Below are positions 25,328 through 34,698 of a DNA stretch of 64,000 nt, in pieces. The notes below the pieces were generated by a model, which saw only the letters and a list, made by a program, of their open reading frames with translations, did not search any database and was not told the origin of the DNA. Each line of letters begins with the position of its first letter. The first letter of the stretch is position 1. Source of the DNA: Actinomycetota bacterium (GTDB taxonomy: Bacteria; Actinomycetota; UBA4738; HRBIN12); contig DATKDI010000049.1 in assembly GCA_035512775.1 (NCBI GenBank), positions 17,137 through 81,136 of the forward strand. Reading direction: 5' to 3'. The translations under genes were made by a program, and so were the position numbers.

Positions 25328-27030
25328 AGCGTCCGCCCGCGGGCCGCCTCGTGGCCCTGCTGGGTGCCATGGTGCTGGCGCTGGTGGGTGTCGTCGCTCG
25401 CTTGGTGCTCCTGCAGGTGGGCGATCATCGAGCGCTCGCGGCCCAGGGGCTTCGTCAGCGTGTCCATCCCACGGTTCTTCCGGCGGAGCGCGGCGCGATC
25501 GTCGATCGGACCGGCGTGCCGCTCGCGATCACCCTGGAGGCGCGCGACATCTACGCGGATCCTCGCTACGTGACCGACCCGGTCGGTGAGGCCGCGAAGG
25601 TCGCGCGGATCCTGGACCTGCGGGCCCGAGACGTCGAGCGCCGGCTGCGGACGCCCGACGCCACGTTCGTCTACCTCGATCGACAGGTGGACGTGCGGGT
25701 CGCGGATCGACTCGAAGCCCTCGGACTGCCGGGGATCGGGTTCCTCGAGGTGCCGAAGCGCTACTACCCGGCCGGCGAGCTCGCGCCCCAGGTCCTCGGG
25801 TTCGTCGGCGTCGATGCGACCGGGCTGGCAGGCCTCGAGTTCGCGTACGAGGACATCCTCGCGGGCACACCTGGGACGCGCACCGTCGAGTTGTCGGCCG
25901 ACGGACTGCCGATCGCGAGCGGGATCGAGATCTTGGAGCCGGCGATCGCCGGCAGGACGCTCGTTACCACGCTCGATCGGGAGGTGCAGTACTTGGCACA
26001 GGAGGCGCTCCGCAGGGCCGTGAGGCAGAACCACGCCAAGGGTGGAACGATCGTCGTGATGGACGCCCGCACCGGGGACATCTCCGCGATGGCCAGCTAC
26101 CCGTGGTTCGATCCGAACGACTTCGAGCGCGCCGACCGCGAAGCGGTACGGAACCGAGCGGTGACCGACATGTTCGAGCCAGGATCCGTGAACAAGGTCG
26201 TGACGGCGGCCGCTGCGCTCGAGAGCGGGTCCGTGGGCGTGCGCGAGATCTTCCAGGTGCCGTGGTGGATGCGGGTGGGGGGATACACCGTGAACGACTC
26301 GCACCCTCATCAGGTCCAGCCGATGACGCTGGGCGACATCGTGGCCCATTCCAGCAACATCGGATCCGCGATGGTGGCCGAGCGTGTCGGCAGCGCCGAG
26401 CTCGCCTCGGTCCTCGCGCGCTTCGGCTACGGGAGTCCGACGGGCGTCGGGTTCCCAGGGGAGGCGGGCGGTGTCGTGCCCGACCTCCTGAACTGGACGG
26501 ACATCACCCGCGCCACCGTGGCGTACGGCCAAGGCATCTCGATGACCCCGCTACAGATGGCCGCCGTGTACGCGACGGTGGCGAACGGTGGGGTGTGGGT
26601 GCAACCTCGCCTCGTTCGTGGGACCTCGGAGCCCGACGGGCAACTGGACGTCGCACCCCGCTCCGAGCCGCACCGCGTCCTGTCCGAGGACACCGCGAGG
26701 ATGCTCACGCGGATGCTCGCGTCGGTCGTGGAGACGGGGACCGGGGGCGCGGCGCAGATCCCCGGGTACCAGGTGGCCGGGAAGACGGGCACGGCCCGGA
26801 AGCTGGTCGACGGCCGGTACATCCGACGGTACATGGCCTCATTCGTGGGGTTCCTGCCGGCCTCGGATCCCCGTGTGGTCATCGTGGTATCGATCGACGA
26901 GCCTCGCACCGTCTACGGCGGGGTCGCGGCGGCCCCGGTGTTCTCCGAGATCGCGCGCCACGTGATCCAGCGGCTCGCGATCCCGGCCGCACCCCCCGTG
27001 CGTCTCCCCCCGTTCGCCTCCGATCTCTGA
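25324..27030 (+). CDS. ftsI: peptidoglycan D,D-transpeptidase FtsI (class B PBP)
   Basis: PBP dimerisation domain plus transpeptidase motifs FEPGSVNK (SxxK), HSSN (SxN), KTGT. GTG at 25324. The earlier ORF-track start 24904 is an in-frame run-on through ftsL. Confidence 0.85.
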   Translation: MKRPPAGRLVALLGAMVLALVGVVARLVLLQVGDHRALAAQGLRQRVHPTVLPAERGAIVDRTGVPLAITLEARDIYADPRYVTDPVGEAAKVARILDLRARDVERRLRTPDATFVYLDRQVDVRVADRLEALGLPGIGFLEVPKRYYPAGELAPQVLGFVGVDATGLAGLEFAYEDILAGTPGTRTVELSADGLPIASGIEILEPAIAGRTLVTTLDREVQYLAQEALRRAVRQNHAKGGTIVVMDARTGDISAMASYPWFDPNDFERADREAVRNRAVTDMFEPGSVNKVVTAAAALESGSVGVREIFQVPWWMRVGGYTVNDSHPHQVQPMTLGDIVAHSSNIGSAMVAERVGSAELASVLARFGYGSPTGVGFPGEAGGVVPDLLNWTDITRATVAYGQGISMTPLQMAAVYATVANGGVWVQPRLVRGTSEPDGQLDVAPRSEPHRVLSEDTARMLTRMLASVVETGTGGAAQIPGYQVAGKTGTARKLVDGRYIRRYMASFVGFLPASDPRVVIVVSIDEPRTVYGGVAAAPVFSEIARHVIQRLAIPAAPPVRLPPFASDL

Positions 27031-27072
27031 GGCTGCCGGTCCCGCGACCGAGCCCCGGTACGCTGGACGGCG

Positions 27073-28533
27073 GTGAGACGTCTTCCCCACGTGCCGCTGT
27101 CCGCGGTCGCGGCCGCCGTGCCCGGCGCCGAGATCCGCGGTGACGCAAGCATCCAGGTCGGCGAGGCCACGTTCGACTCTCGTCAGGTCGTTTCGGGTGC
27201 CCTCTTCTTCTGCGTACCGGGCGCCCGGGCCGACGGACACGACTTCGCCGGCGACGCGGCTCGTTCGGGGGCAGCAGCGCTGGTGGTGGAGCGGTGGCTC
27301 GACCTCGACCTTGCGCAGGTCGTGGTCCCGTCCGCTCGGGGGACGATGGGGCCGATGTCGGCGGTGGTGTTCGGCGAGCCGGCGCACTCGCTCACGATCG
27401 TGGGGGTGACCGGCACCAACGGCAAGACGACGGTGGTCCACCTGCTCGACGCGGTGCTCCGGGCCGCCGGGCAGCGCACCGGGGCGATCGGCACGGTCGG
27501 CGCGCACGTGGCGGGAGACCCGATCCCGGTCGCGCGGACGACTCCCGAAGCGCCCGACCTCCAGCGCCTGCTCGCCCGGATGCGGGATGACGGCGTCACG
27601 ACCGTGGCCATGGAGGTGTCGTCGCATGCGCTCGATCAGGGTCGGGTCGGCGGGGTGGTCTTCGACGCGGCCGTGTTCACCAACCTCTCGCAGGATCACC
27701 TCGACCATCACGGCTCGATGGAGTCTTATTTCGAGGCGAAGGCGTCCTTGTTCGCGCCCGGGCGAACCGAGCACGCGCTGGTGAACCTCGACGATCCGTG
27801 GGGAAGGCGACTCCTCGACGTCGCGGTGCCGATCACCACGTACGGGCTCGATCCGGGAGCCGACGTCCGCGCGGAGGACGTTCGGGCGACGGTGGACGGC
27901 CTGACGTTCCGGGTGGGCGACCGCGAGGTCACGAGTTTGCTCCGGGGCGCGTTCAACGTGTCGAACTGCCTCGCCGCGATCGCGTCCTCCGGGGTGATCG
28001 GCGTGGACACGGAGGACGCGATCCGGGGCGTGGCGAGCGCCGGGCAGGTGGCGGGACGGATGGAGCCCGTGGGCCCTGGGCAGGATTTCCTGGTGGTGGT
28101 GGATTACGCGCACACGCCGGATAGCATCCGAACAGTGCTTGCCGCGGCACGCCCGTTGGCGACGGGCCGGGTGATCGTCGTCTTCGGTTGCGGTGGTGAC
28201 CGTGACCGCGCGAAGCGGTTCCCGATGGGAGCTGCGGCAACGGAGGGAGCTGATCTCACGGTCATCACCACCGACAATCCACGCTCCGAGGACCCCACCG
28301 ACATCATCGCCGATGTCGAGCGGGGGGCCGCAGCAAGCGGCGGACGCTACGTCGTCGAACCCGATCGTCGTTCGGCGATCCGGCTCGCCCTGGGCGACGC
28401 GCGTCCCGGAGACGTCGTCGTCGTCGCCGGGAAGGGCCACGAGTCGGAGCAGGAGCTGGCCGGCCGATCCGTCCCGTTCGACGACCGCGTCGTCGTCCGT
28501 GAGGAGCTCGAGGCCTTGGGGGGGTCCGAGTGA
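27073..28533 (+). CDS. murE: UDP-N-acetylmuramoyl-L-alanyl-D-glutamate--2,6-diaminopimelate ligase
   Basis: Mur ligase P-loop GVTGTNGKTT. DNPR motif (meso-DAP specificity) ITTDNPRSEDP. dcw position. Confidence 0.85.
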   Translation: MRRLPHVPLSAVAAAVPGAEIRGDASIQVGEATFDSRQVVSGALFFCVPGARADGHDFAGDAARSGAAALVVERWLDLDLAQVVVPSARGTMGPMSAVVFGEPAHSLTIVGVTGTNGKTTVVHLLDAVLRAAGQRTGAIGTVGAHVAGDPIPVARTTPEAPDLQRLLARMRDDGVTTVAMEVSSHALDQGRVGGVVFDAAVFTNLSQDHLDHHGSMESYFEAKASLFAPGRTEHALVNLDDPWGRRLLDVAVPITTYGLDPGADVRAEDVRATVDGLTFRVGDREVTSLLRGAFNVSNCLAAIASSGVIGVDTEDAIRGVASAGQVAGRMEPVGPGQDFLVVVDYAHTPDSIRTVLAAARPLATGRVIVVFGCGGDRDRAKRFPMGAAATEGADLTVITTDNPRSEDPTDIIADVERGAAASGGRYVVEPDRRSAIRLALGDARPGDVVVVAGKGHESEQELAGRSVPFDDRVVVREELEALGGSE

Positions 28534-29912
28534 GGCCACGGCGGCTGGCTGAGGTGGCGATCGCCGTGGAGGGGTCGGTCGAGGGCGACGACGTCGAGGT
28601 GCGGTCGGTGACGACGGACTCGCGCGACGTGGTTGCCGGCGCACTGTTCGTCGCACTGTCGGGGGAGCACACGGACGGTCATCGTTTCGTGGACCAGGCG
28701 TTCGCCGGTGGCGCGGTGGCGGCGATGATCGATGGGTCGGGGAGCGTGGCGAACGACGCCGACGACCCGGACAGACCCGTGGTGCGGGTGGGTTCGACGG
28801 CCGAGGCGTTGCTGCGCTTGGCCGCCGACGAGCGCAACTCGATGACGGCGACCGTCGTCGGCGTCACGGGCGCGAACGGCAAGACCTCCACGAAGGATCT
28901 CGCGGTCGCGGTCGCGCAGACCCGGTTCCGAGTGCACGCCAGCCCGGGCTCGTTCAACAACGAGATCGGGCTGCCGATGACCCTGCTCGGCGCACCTCCC
29001 GACGCCGAGGTGCTCGTCGTGGAGATGGGCGCGCGACGTCTCGGCGACGTGAAGCTCCTGTCGGGGGTCGCCCGACCCGACATCGTCGTGGTGACGAACG
29101 TGGGCGTCGCCCACATGGAGGTCTTCGGATCGTGGGGGTCGATCGTCGAGGCGTCCGCCGAGCCGATCGATGCGCTCGGTCCCGACGGGCTGGCGATCTT
29201 GAACGCGGACGATCCCGTCGTCATCGCGTACGGGGATCGGTGCCCGGGCCGGGTGGTGACCTTCGGCACCCGCCCCGACGCCGACGTGCGAGCCCACGAC
29301 GTCGCGCTGGGTCCCGACGGGCGGGCGTCGTTCCGGCTCGTCTCCGATGGCGCGGAGACCGAGGTGACGTTGGCGGTGCCGGGCGAGCACATGGTCTCGA
29401 ACGCACTTGCGGCCGTGGCCGTCGGCCTCGAGTTGGGCATCCCCCTCTTGGAAGTCGGCCCTGCGCTCGCGCAGGCGGGCGTGTCCCGCTGGCGGATGGA
29501 GACGTTCTCGACGGCGGACGAGATCCGGGTCCTGAACGATGCGTACAACGCGAACCCAGAGTCCACCGCCGCGGCGATCCGGACCGCGCGGTGGATGGCA
29601 GGCGAGGGTCGCCTCATCGCGGTGCTCGGCGAGATGGCGGAGCTCGGCGCCATCTCGGAAGAAGAGCACGACCGGGTGGGGGAACTGGCGGCCCGGATCC
29701 GGGTCGACCGACTGCTCACGGTGGGGGAGACCGCGCGCACGATCGCGCGCGCGGCCATCCGGGAAGGCATGGAGCCGAACGACGTCGCGAGCTACGACAA
29801 CCCCTCCGCGGCGCTCGACGACGTTCGGCGCTCCGCGGTTCCCGGTGACCTGGTCCTCTTCAAGGGGTCACGGGTGGCCGGGCTGGAGACCCTGGCGGAG
29901 GCCCTGCGGTGA
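28530..29912 (+). CDS. murF: UDP-N-acetylmuramoyl-tripeptide--D-alanyl-D-alanine ligase
   Basis: GVTGANGKTSTKD P-loop, Mur ligase middle and C-terminal domains. GTGA overlap with murE. Confidence 0.85.
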   Translation: MRPRRLAEVAIAVEGSVEGDDVEVRSVTTDSRDVVAGALFVALSGEHTDGHRFVDQAFAGGAVAAMIDGSGSVANDADDPDRPVVRVGSTAEALLRLAADERNSMTATVVGVTGANGKTSTKDLAVAVAQTRFRVHASPGSFNNEIGLPMTLLGAPPDAEVLVVEMGARRLGDVKLLSGVARPDIVVVTNVGVAHMEVFGSWGSIVEASAEPIDALGPDGLAILNADDPVVIAYGDRCPGRVVTFGTRPDADVRAHDVALGPDGRASFRLVSDGAETEVTLAVPGEHMVSNALAAVAVGLELGIPLLEVGPALAQAGVSRWRMETFSTADEIRVLNDAYNANPESTAAAIRTARWMAGEGRLIAVLGEMAELGAISEEEHDRVGELAARIRVDRLLTVGETARTIARAAIREGMEPNDVASYDNPSAALDDVRRSAVPGDLVLFKGSRVAGLETLAEALR

Positions 29913-30991
29913 TCCCGATCCTCGTGGCGGGCGCGGTCGGTCTGGCGGTGACGCTCCTCGGGACCCCGGTCGCAATCCGGGTCTTCCGTGTCTGGGGGTG
30001 GGGTCAGCGGATCCGCGAGGACGGTCCACATACCCACTTCGAGAAGGTCGGCACGCCCACGATGGGCGGGATCGTGATGCTCGTGGCGCTCGTCGTCGCG
30101 TACCTCGCGACACGGCCCACGATCGCCGCAGGGATCACGTTCAGCCCCGCAGGACTCGCGCTGATCCTCGCCGCGGTGGGGTTCGGGCTCGTGGGCTTCG
30201 TCGACGACTTCCTGAAGGTCCGACGGAAGCGATCCCTCGGTCTGTCGAAGACGCAGAAGTTCTTGGGAACCGCCCTCGTGTCGATGCTCTTCGCGCTCGT
30301 CGTTGTCGCGTTCTCCGGAGATACCGGCACGTCGACGAGCCTCTCGTTCGTCCGGCCGACGGCGCTGGATCTCGGGGTGTTCTTCTACGTGTGGGTGTTC
30401 GTGGTGCTGACGTCCTCCTCGCACGCGGTGAACCTGACCGACGGACTCGACGGGCTCGCGGCCGGTTCCTCGATCCTCGTCCTCGCGGGGTACGTGTTCA
30501 TCGCCTTCTGGCAGTTCCGCCACACCTGCGCCGATGGCCTCACCGCCGCGGCGTTGAAGGCGTGTTACGAGGGCGTCGACCTCCTCGCGATGCAGGACAC
30601 CGCGATCATCGCGGCGGCGATGATGGGCGCCGCGATGGGCTTCCTGTGGTGGAACGCCGCCCCCGCGCGCATCTTCATGGGTGACACGGGCGCGCTGGCG
30701 CTGGGGGGTCTGTTCGGCGCCATGGCGATCACGACGAACACGCAGATGCTGCTGATCATCCTCGGCGGCCTCTACGTCATCGAGACGATGTCGGTGATCA
30801 TCCAGGTGATCTCGTTCCGGGGGTTCGGGCGACGGATCTTCCGGATGTCGCCGATCCATCATCACTTCGAGCTCGCCGGTTGGCCCGAGTTCACTGTGAT
30901 CGTGCGGTTCTGGATCATCGCCGGGCTCTGTGTCGCGGTCGGGCTCGGCGTGTTCTACGCGGACTTCATCGCCCGAGGAGGACTCGATTGA
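29909..30991 (+). CDS. mraY: phospho-N-acetylmuramoyl-pentapeptide transferase
   Basis: Ten-TM protein with NLTDGLDGLA and MGDTG motifs. GTGA overlap with murF. Confidence 0.9.
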   Translation: MIPILVAGAVGLAVTLLGTPVAIRVFRVWGWGQRIREDGPHTHFEKVGTPTMGGIVMLVALVVAYLATRPTIAAGITFSPAGLALILAAVGFGLVGFVDDFLKVRRKRSLGLSKTQKFLGTALVSMLFALVVVAFSGDTGTSTSLSFVRPTALDLGVFFYVWVFVVLTSSSHAVNLTDGLDGLAAGSSILVLAGYVFIAFWQFRHTCADGLTAAALKACYEGVDLLAMQDTAIIAAAMMGAAMGFLWWNAAPARIFMGDTGALALGGLFGAMAITTNTQMLLIILGGLYVIETMSVIIQVISFRGFGRRIFRMSPIHHHFELAGWPEFTVIVRFWIIAGLCVAVGLGVFYADFIARGGLD

Positions 30992-32337
30992 GCGGGCGGT
31001 TCGCGGCGGAGCGGGCGGTCGTCGTGGGCGCGGGGGTCGCCGGCGCCGGCTCAGCGCGCGCCCTGTCGGCTGAGGGCGCTCGCGTCCTCGTGACGGAGTC
31101 CCGTCCGGAGATCGATGTGCCGGTCGCCGCCGAGCTGCGCGGGATCGGCGTCGAGGTCCGCACCGGTGGACACGACCGCAGCCATCTGGATGGCGCCACG
31201 CTGGTCGTGGTAGGCCCTGGTGTCTCACCGGACACCGACGTCGTCCGCTGGGCCCACGAGCTCGGACTCCCCGTCTGGGGTGAGATGGAGCTCGGCGCCC
31301 GGCTGGTCCGCGCGCCGTATCTGGCGGTCACCGGCACGAACGGCAAGACGACCGTCACGGCGATGATCGAAGCGTGTCTGCGAGCGGGCGGGCACGACGC
31401 CCTGGCGTGCGGCAACATCGGCCTACCCTTCCCCGAGGCGGCCCGTCAGGAGCGCGACGTGCTCGTCGTGGAGGTGTCGAGCTTCCAACTCGCCGTCCAG
31501 ACATCGTTCCATCCCACGATCTCGGTCCTGCTGAATGTCGCGCCCGATCACCTCGACTGGCACGGTTCCCTCGAGGCCTACGCGGAGGCGAAGGGAAGGA
31601 TCCATGCCCTGCAGACCGGGCCTGACGTCCACATCGGCAACCGCGACGATCCGGCGGCGGTGGAGATCTCCTCGAAGGCGACGTGCGAGCTTCGGTGGTT
31701 CCGCCAGGGCCCTCCGGACGAGGGCGAGGTCGGGTACGTGGGGGAGGAGATCGTCGCCCGGGTCGACGGCACCCACCGGCTCGGCGTGATCGACGGCGAG
31801 CGCGCCGGATACCGGGAGGATGCGGCCGCCGCGGCGGCCGCCGCGCTCGCCTACGGCGTGGACCCGGCCGCCGTGGCGGCCGCGCTGGCCGGGTTCCGTC
31901 CCGCACGCCACCGCGGTGAGGTCGTCGCGATCGTCGACGGCGTGCGCTTCGTCGACAACTCCAAGGCCACCAACGTGCACGCGGCGGCGGCGGCGATCGA
32001 CGGCGCCGGCGACGCCGTTTTGATCGCGGGCGGCCGCGCCAAGGGCGTGGATCTGTCGCCTCTGAGGGCGCACGCGGGCCGTCTCCGAGCGGTGGTCGCG
32101 ATCGGCGAATCGGCTCCCGACGTCGTGGACGTGTTCGAGGGATCGGTCCCGACACATCTCGCCGGATCCATCGAGGAGGCCGTCCGGGAGGCGTTCGCCG
32201 CGGCTTCACCCGGAGAAGCGGTGCTGCTGGCTCCGGCGTGCGCGAGCTGGGATCAGTTCACGAGCTACGCGGAGCGCGGGGATCGGTTCGCGGCCGCGGC
32301 ACGGTCGTTGCGGGCGGAGGCCGGCGCCCATGGCTGA
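30988..32337 (+). CDS. murD: UDP-N-acetylmuramoylalanine--D-glutamate ligase
   Basis: N-terminal Rossmann VVVGAGVAGAGSARAL, P-loop VTGTNGKTT. TTG at 30988 overlapping the mraY stop. ORF-track start 30880 is upstream in frame. Confidence 0.8.
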   Translation: MSGRFAAERAVVVGAGVAGAGSARALSAEGARVLVTESRPEIDVPVAAELRGIGVEVRTGGHDRSHLDGATLVVVGPGVSPDTDVVRWAHELGLPVWGEMELGARLVRAPYLAVTGTNGKTTVTAMIEACLRAGGHDALACGNIGLPFPEAARQERDVLVVEVSSFQLAVQTSFHPTISVLLNVAPDHLDWHGSLEAYAEAKGRIHALQTGPDVHIGNRDDPAAVEISSKATCELRWFRQGPPDEGEVGYVGEEIVARVDGTHRLGVIDGERAGYREDAAAAAAAALAYGVDPAAVAAALAGFRPARHRGEVVAIVDGVRFVDNSKATNVHAAAAAIDGAGDAVLIAGGRAKGVDLSPLRAHAGRLRAVVAIGESAPDVVDVFEGSVPTHLAGSIEEAVREAFAAASPGEAVLLAPACASWDQFTSYAERGDRFAAAARSLRAEAGAHG

Positions 32338-33598
32338 TCGCACGGTCACTCGTCGCCGTCCCAAGGCGGTCGTCGCCGGCGGATCCCACCTGCGTCTCGT
32401 CCGCACCGAGGATCTCATGCGCGCGGCGCCCACGCCCGCGGCCGTCACGCGCCGGAACCTCTCGCTCCTCCTCGTGTCGACCGCGCTCCTCACGGTGATC
32501 GGCCTCGTGATGATCCTCTCGGCCGGCTCGATCTCCGCGGTCGAGGGCTACGGCACCAGCTTCTGGTACTTCAACCGGCAGACGCTGTACGCGGTCGTGG
32601 GCGTCGTCGGGCTCGTGGTGACGGCACGCGTGCCGTACGCCTTCTGGCGGCGAGCCGCGATCCCGATGCTCCTGGCGGTGCTCCCGGTGATGCTGCTGAC
32701 GCTCCACCCCGCCTTCGGGTCTTCCCTGTACGGCGCCGCCCGCTGGATCGATCTCGGCCCCATCACCCTCCAGCCGGCGGAGTTCGCGAAGTTCCTCACG
32801 GTCAGCGCGGCCGCCGCGATCTTGTCCCGGCCGTGGAAGCATCTCGACCGTCCTCGGGACGCCTTCCTGCCACTCGGCCCTCTCGTGGCCGTGGTCGCCG
32901 GCATCGTGATGCTGCAGAAGGACCTCGGCACGACCCTCATCATCTGCGGAAGCGTCTTCCTGTTGCTCTTCGCCGCCGGTCTCCGCCTGCGCCACCTCGC
33001 GTGGACCGGACTCGCGGGCGCGGCGGTGATGTCGTTCTTCATCTTCGGGACGGCCTATCGGCGCACCCGATTCCTGGAGGCGTGGCTCAACTGGGAGCTG
33101 GATCCCAGCGGTGCGGGATGGCAACTGCGTCAGGGCCTGATCGCGCTCGGGTCCGGCGGCTGGCTCGGGATCGGCCTCGGCAACAGCCGTCAGAAGTGGG
33201 ACTACCTGCCCAACGCCCACAGCGACTTCGTCTTCGCCGTCCTCGGGGAGGAGCTCGGCCTGATCGGCGCGCTGGCGGTCCTGACGCTATTCGGCATGCT
33301 GCTCTTCGCCGGTATCCGCATCGCGGTGAACGCACCGGACACGTTCGGCCGGCTGCTCGCCGCGGGGATCACCGGCTGGATCGGGCTGCAGACCCTCGTG
33401 AACCTCGGGGCCGTCACCGGACTCCTGCCGATCACGGGCGTCCCGCTTCCGTTCCTGTCGTTCGGGGGGACCGCCCTCGTGGTCACGCTCGCCGGGGTGG
33501 GTGTCATGGCGAGCGTCGCCCTCGAGGGCGTGCGATCCGCGGAGAGGAGGCACATCCGCGATCGGCGCCGCCAGGGCGGCGAGGGGAGTCGGCGGTGA
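32330..33598 (+). CDS. ftsW: peptidoglycan glycosyltransferase FtsW (SEDS family)
   Basis: SEDS motifs: ...RWIDLGPITLQPAEFAKF..., HSDFVFAVLGEELG, ...PITGVPLPFLSFGGTA. ATGA overlap with murD. Confidence 0.85.
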   Translation: MADRTVTRRRPKAVVAGGSHLRLVRTEDLMRAAPTPAAVTRRNLSLLLVSTALLTVIGLVMILSAGSISAVEGYGTSFWYFNRQTLYAVVGVVGLVVTARVPYAFWRRAAIPMLLAVLPVMLLTLHPAFGSSLYGAARWIDLGPITLQPAEFAKFLTVSAAAAILSRPWKHLDRPRDAFLPLGPLVAVVAGIVMLQKDLGTTLIICGSVFLLLFAAGLRLRHLAWTGLAGAAVMSFFIFGTAYRRTRFLEAWLNWELDPSGAGWQLRQGLIALGSGGWLGIGLGNSRQKWDYLPNAHSDFVFAVLGEELGLIGALAVLTLFGMLLFAGIRIAVNAPDTFGRLLAAGITGWIGLQTLVNLGAVTGLLPITGVPLPFLSFGGTALVVTLAGVGVMASVALEGVRSAERRHIRDRRRQGGEGSRR

Positions 33599-34698
33599 GG
33601 ATCGTGATCGCCGGCGGCGGCACGGCCGGGCACATCTTCCCCTCGATCGCGGTGGCCGACCGTCTCCGTGAGGGCGGAGCGACGGTCGGATTCATCGGCT
33701 CCCCGGCAGGACAGGAGGCCTCGATCGTGCCGGCCGCCGGCTACCGCTTCCATCCCGTGGCCGCGGCGCCGTTCCGCCGCGAGCTCTCCCTCCGGTCGGC
33801 AGCGGCACCGTTCGTGGCGATGCGCTCCGTGGTCACCTCGCGGCCGATCGTGCGTGAGGTGGACGCGGTGCTGGGGATGGGCGGACACGCGAGCATCGCG
33901 CCGGTCCTCGCAGCGCGCTCGCTCAGGGTCCCCGTGGTCCTGCACGAGCAGAACGCGATCCCGGGACTCGCCAACCGTCTCCTCGCGAGACTCGCGACGG
34001 CGATGGCGCTCACGTTCGAAGACTCGCGCGGTCGGCTCCCTCGGTCCCTCCGCACGGAGGTGACGGGGCTCCCCCTCCGCCGGGAGATCCGTGAGGTGGC
34101 TGTGCGACGGGACGAGCTCGTCGAGGAGGCGCGACGCGAGTGGGGTCTCGAGCCCGGGCGGACGACGCTCCTCGTGACGGGCGGGAGTCAAGGTGCGCTG
34201 CACGTGAACCGGACGATCGCGGACGCCATCCCGCTCCTGGCCGGGCGATCCGACCTCCAACTCGTGGTGCTCACCGGCCCGGCGCACGAGCCGGTGGTCG
34301 CCTCGGCCGCGAGCCAGGAGATGGAGCTGATCCTGCGGACCGTGGCGTTCCTCGAACGGATGGAGCTCGCGCTCGCCGTGGCGGATCTCGCGGTCGCCCG
34401 GGCGGGAGCGAACACGATCCACGAGCTCGCGGCCTGCGGGATCCCCTCGATCCTGGTGCCCTACCCGCACGCGACCGACGATCATCAGGCGGCGAACGCG
34501 AGGGAGCTGGAGCGCGCCGGAGCGGCCGAGGTGTACCCGGATCGCGCGCTGACGCCGGAGGGACTGGCGCGCCGGATCCTGTCGCTCACCGGGGACGCGG
34601 AACGGCGGACCGTGATGGCCAAGGCGGGGGAGGCGTGGGCCAAGCCCGATGCCGACGAACGCGTGGCGGAGCTCGTGCGGGAGGTAGCGAGGCGATGA
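33595..34698 (+). CDS. murG: UDP-N-acetylglucosamine--N-acetylmuramyl-(pentapeptide) pyrophosphoryl-undecaprenol GlcNAc transferase
   Basis: VRIVIAGGGTAGHIFPSIAVADRL ...GGHASIAP...HEQNAIPGLANR...LVTGGSQGA...ELAACGIPSILVPYPHATDDHQAANA. GTGA overlap with ftsW. Confidence 0.85.
   Translation: MRIVIAGGGTAGHIFPSIAVADRLREGGATVGFIGSPAGQEASIVPAAGYRFHPVAAAPFRRELSLRSAAAPFVAMRSVVTSRPIVREVDAVLGMGGHASIAPVLAARSLRVPVVLHEQNAIPGLANRLLARLATAMALTFEDSRGRLPRSLRTEVTGLPLRREIREVAVRRDELVEEARREWGLEPGRTTLLVTGGSQGALHVNRTIADAIPLLAGRSDLQLVVLTGPAHEPVVASAASQEMELILRTVAFLERMELALAVADLAVARAGANTIHELAACGIPSILVPYPHATDDHQAANARELERAGAAEVYPDRALTPEGLARRILSLTGDAERRTVMAKAGEAWAKPDADERVAELVREVARR

Noticed and set aside
23661-32209. Numerous minus-strand ORFs across the dcw cluster (e.g. 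23661..24716, 24206..25246, 25024..26532, 26839..28656, 28347..29669, 29792..31228, 31355..32209) and the plus-strand ORF 29539..30684
   Set aside because: All are antisense or off-frame to genes with strong Mur-ligase, PBP or MraY motifs and show GC-skewed Arg/Pro/Gly composition.
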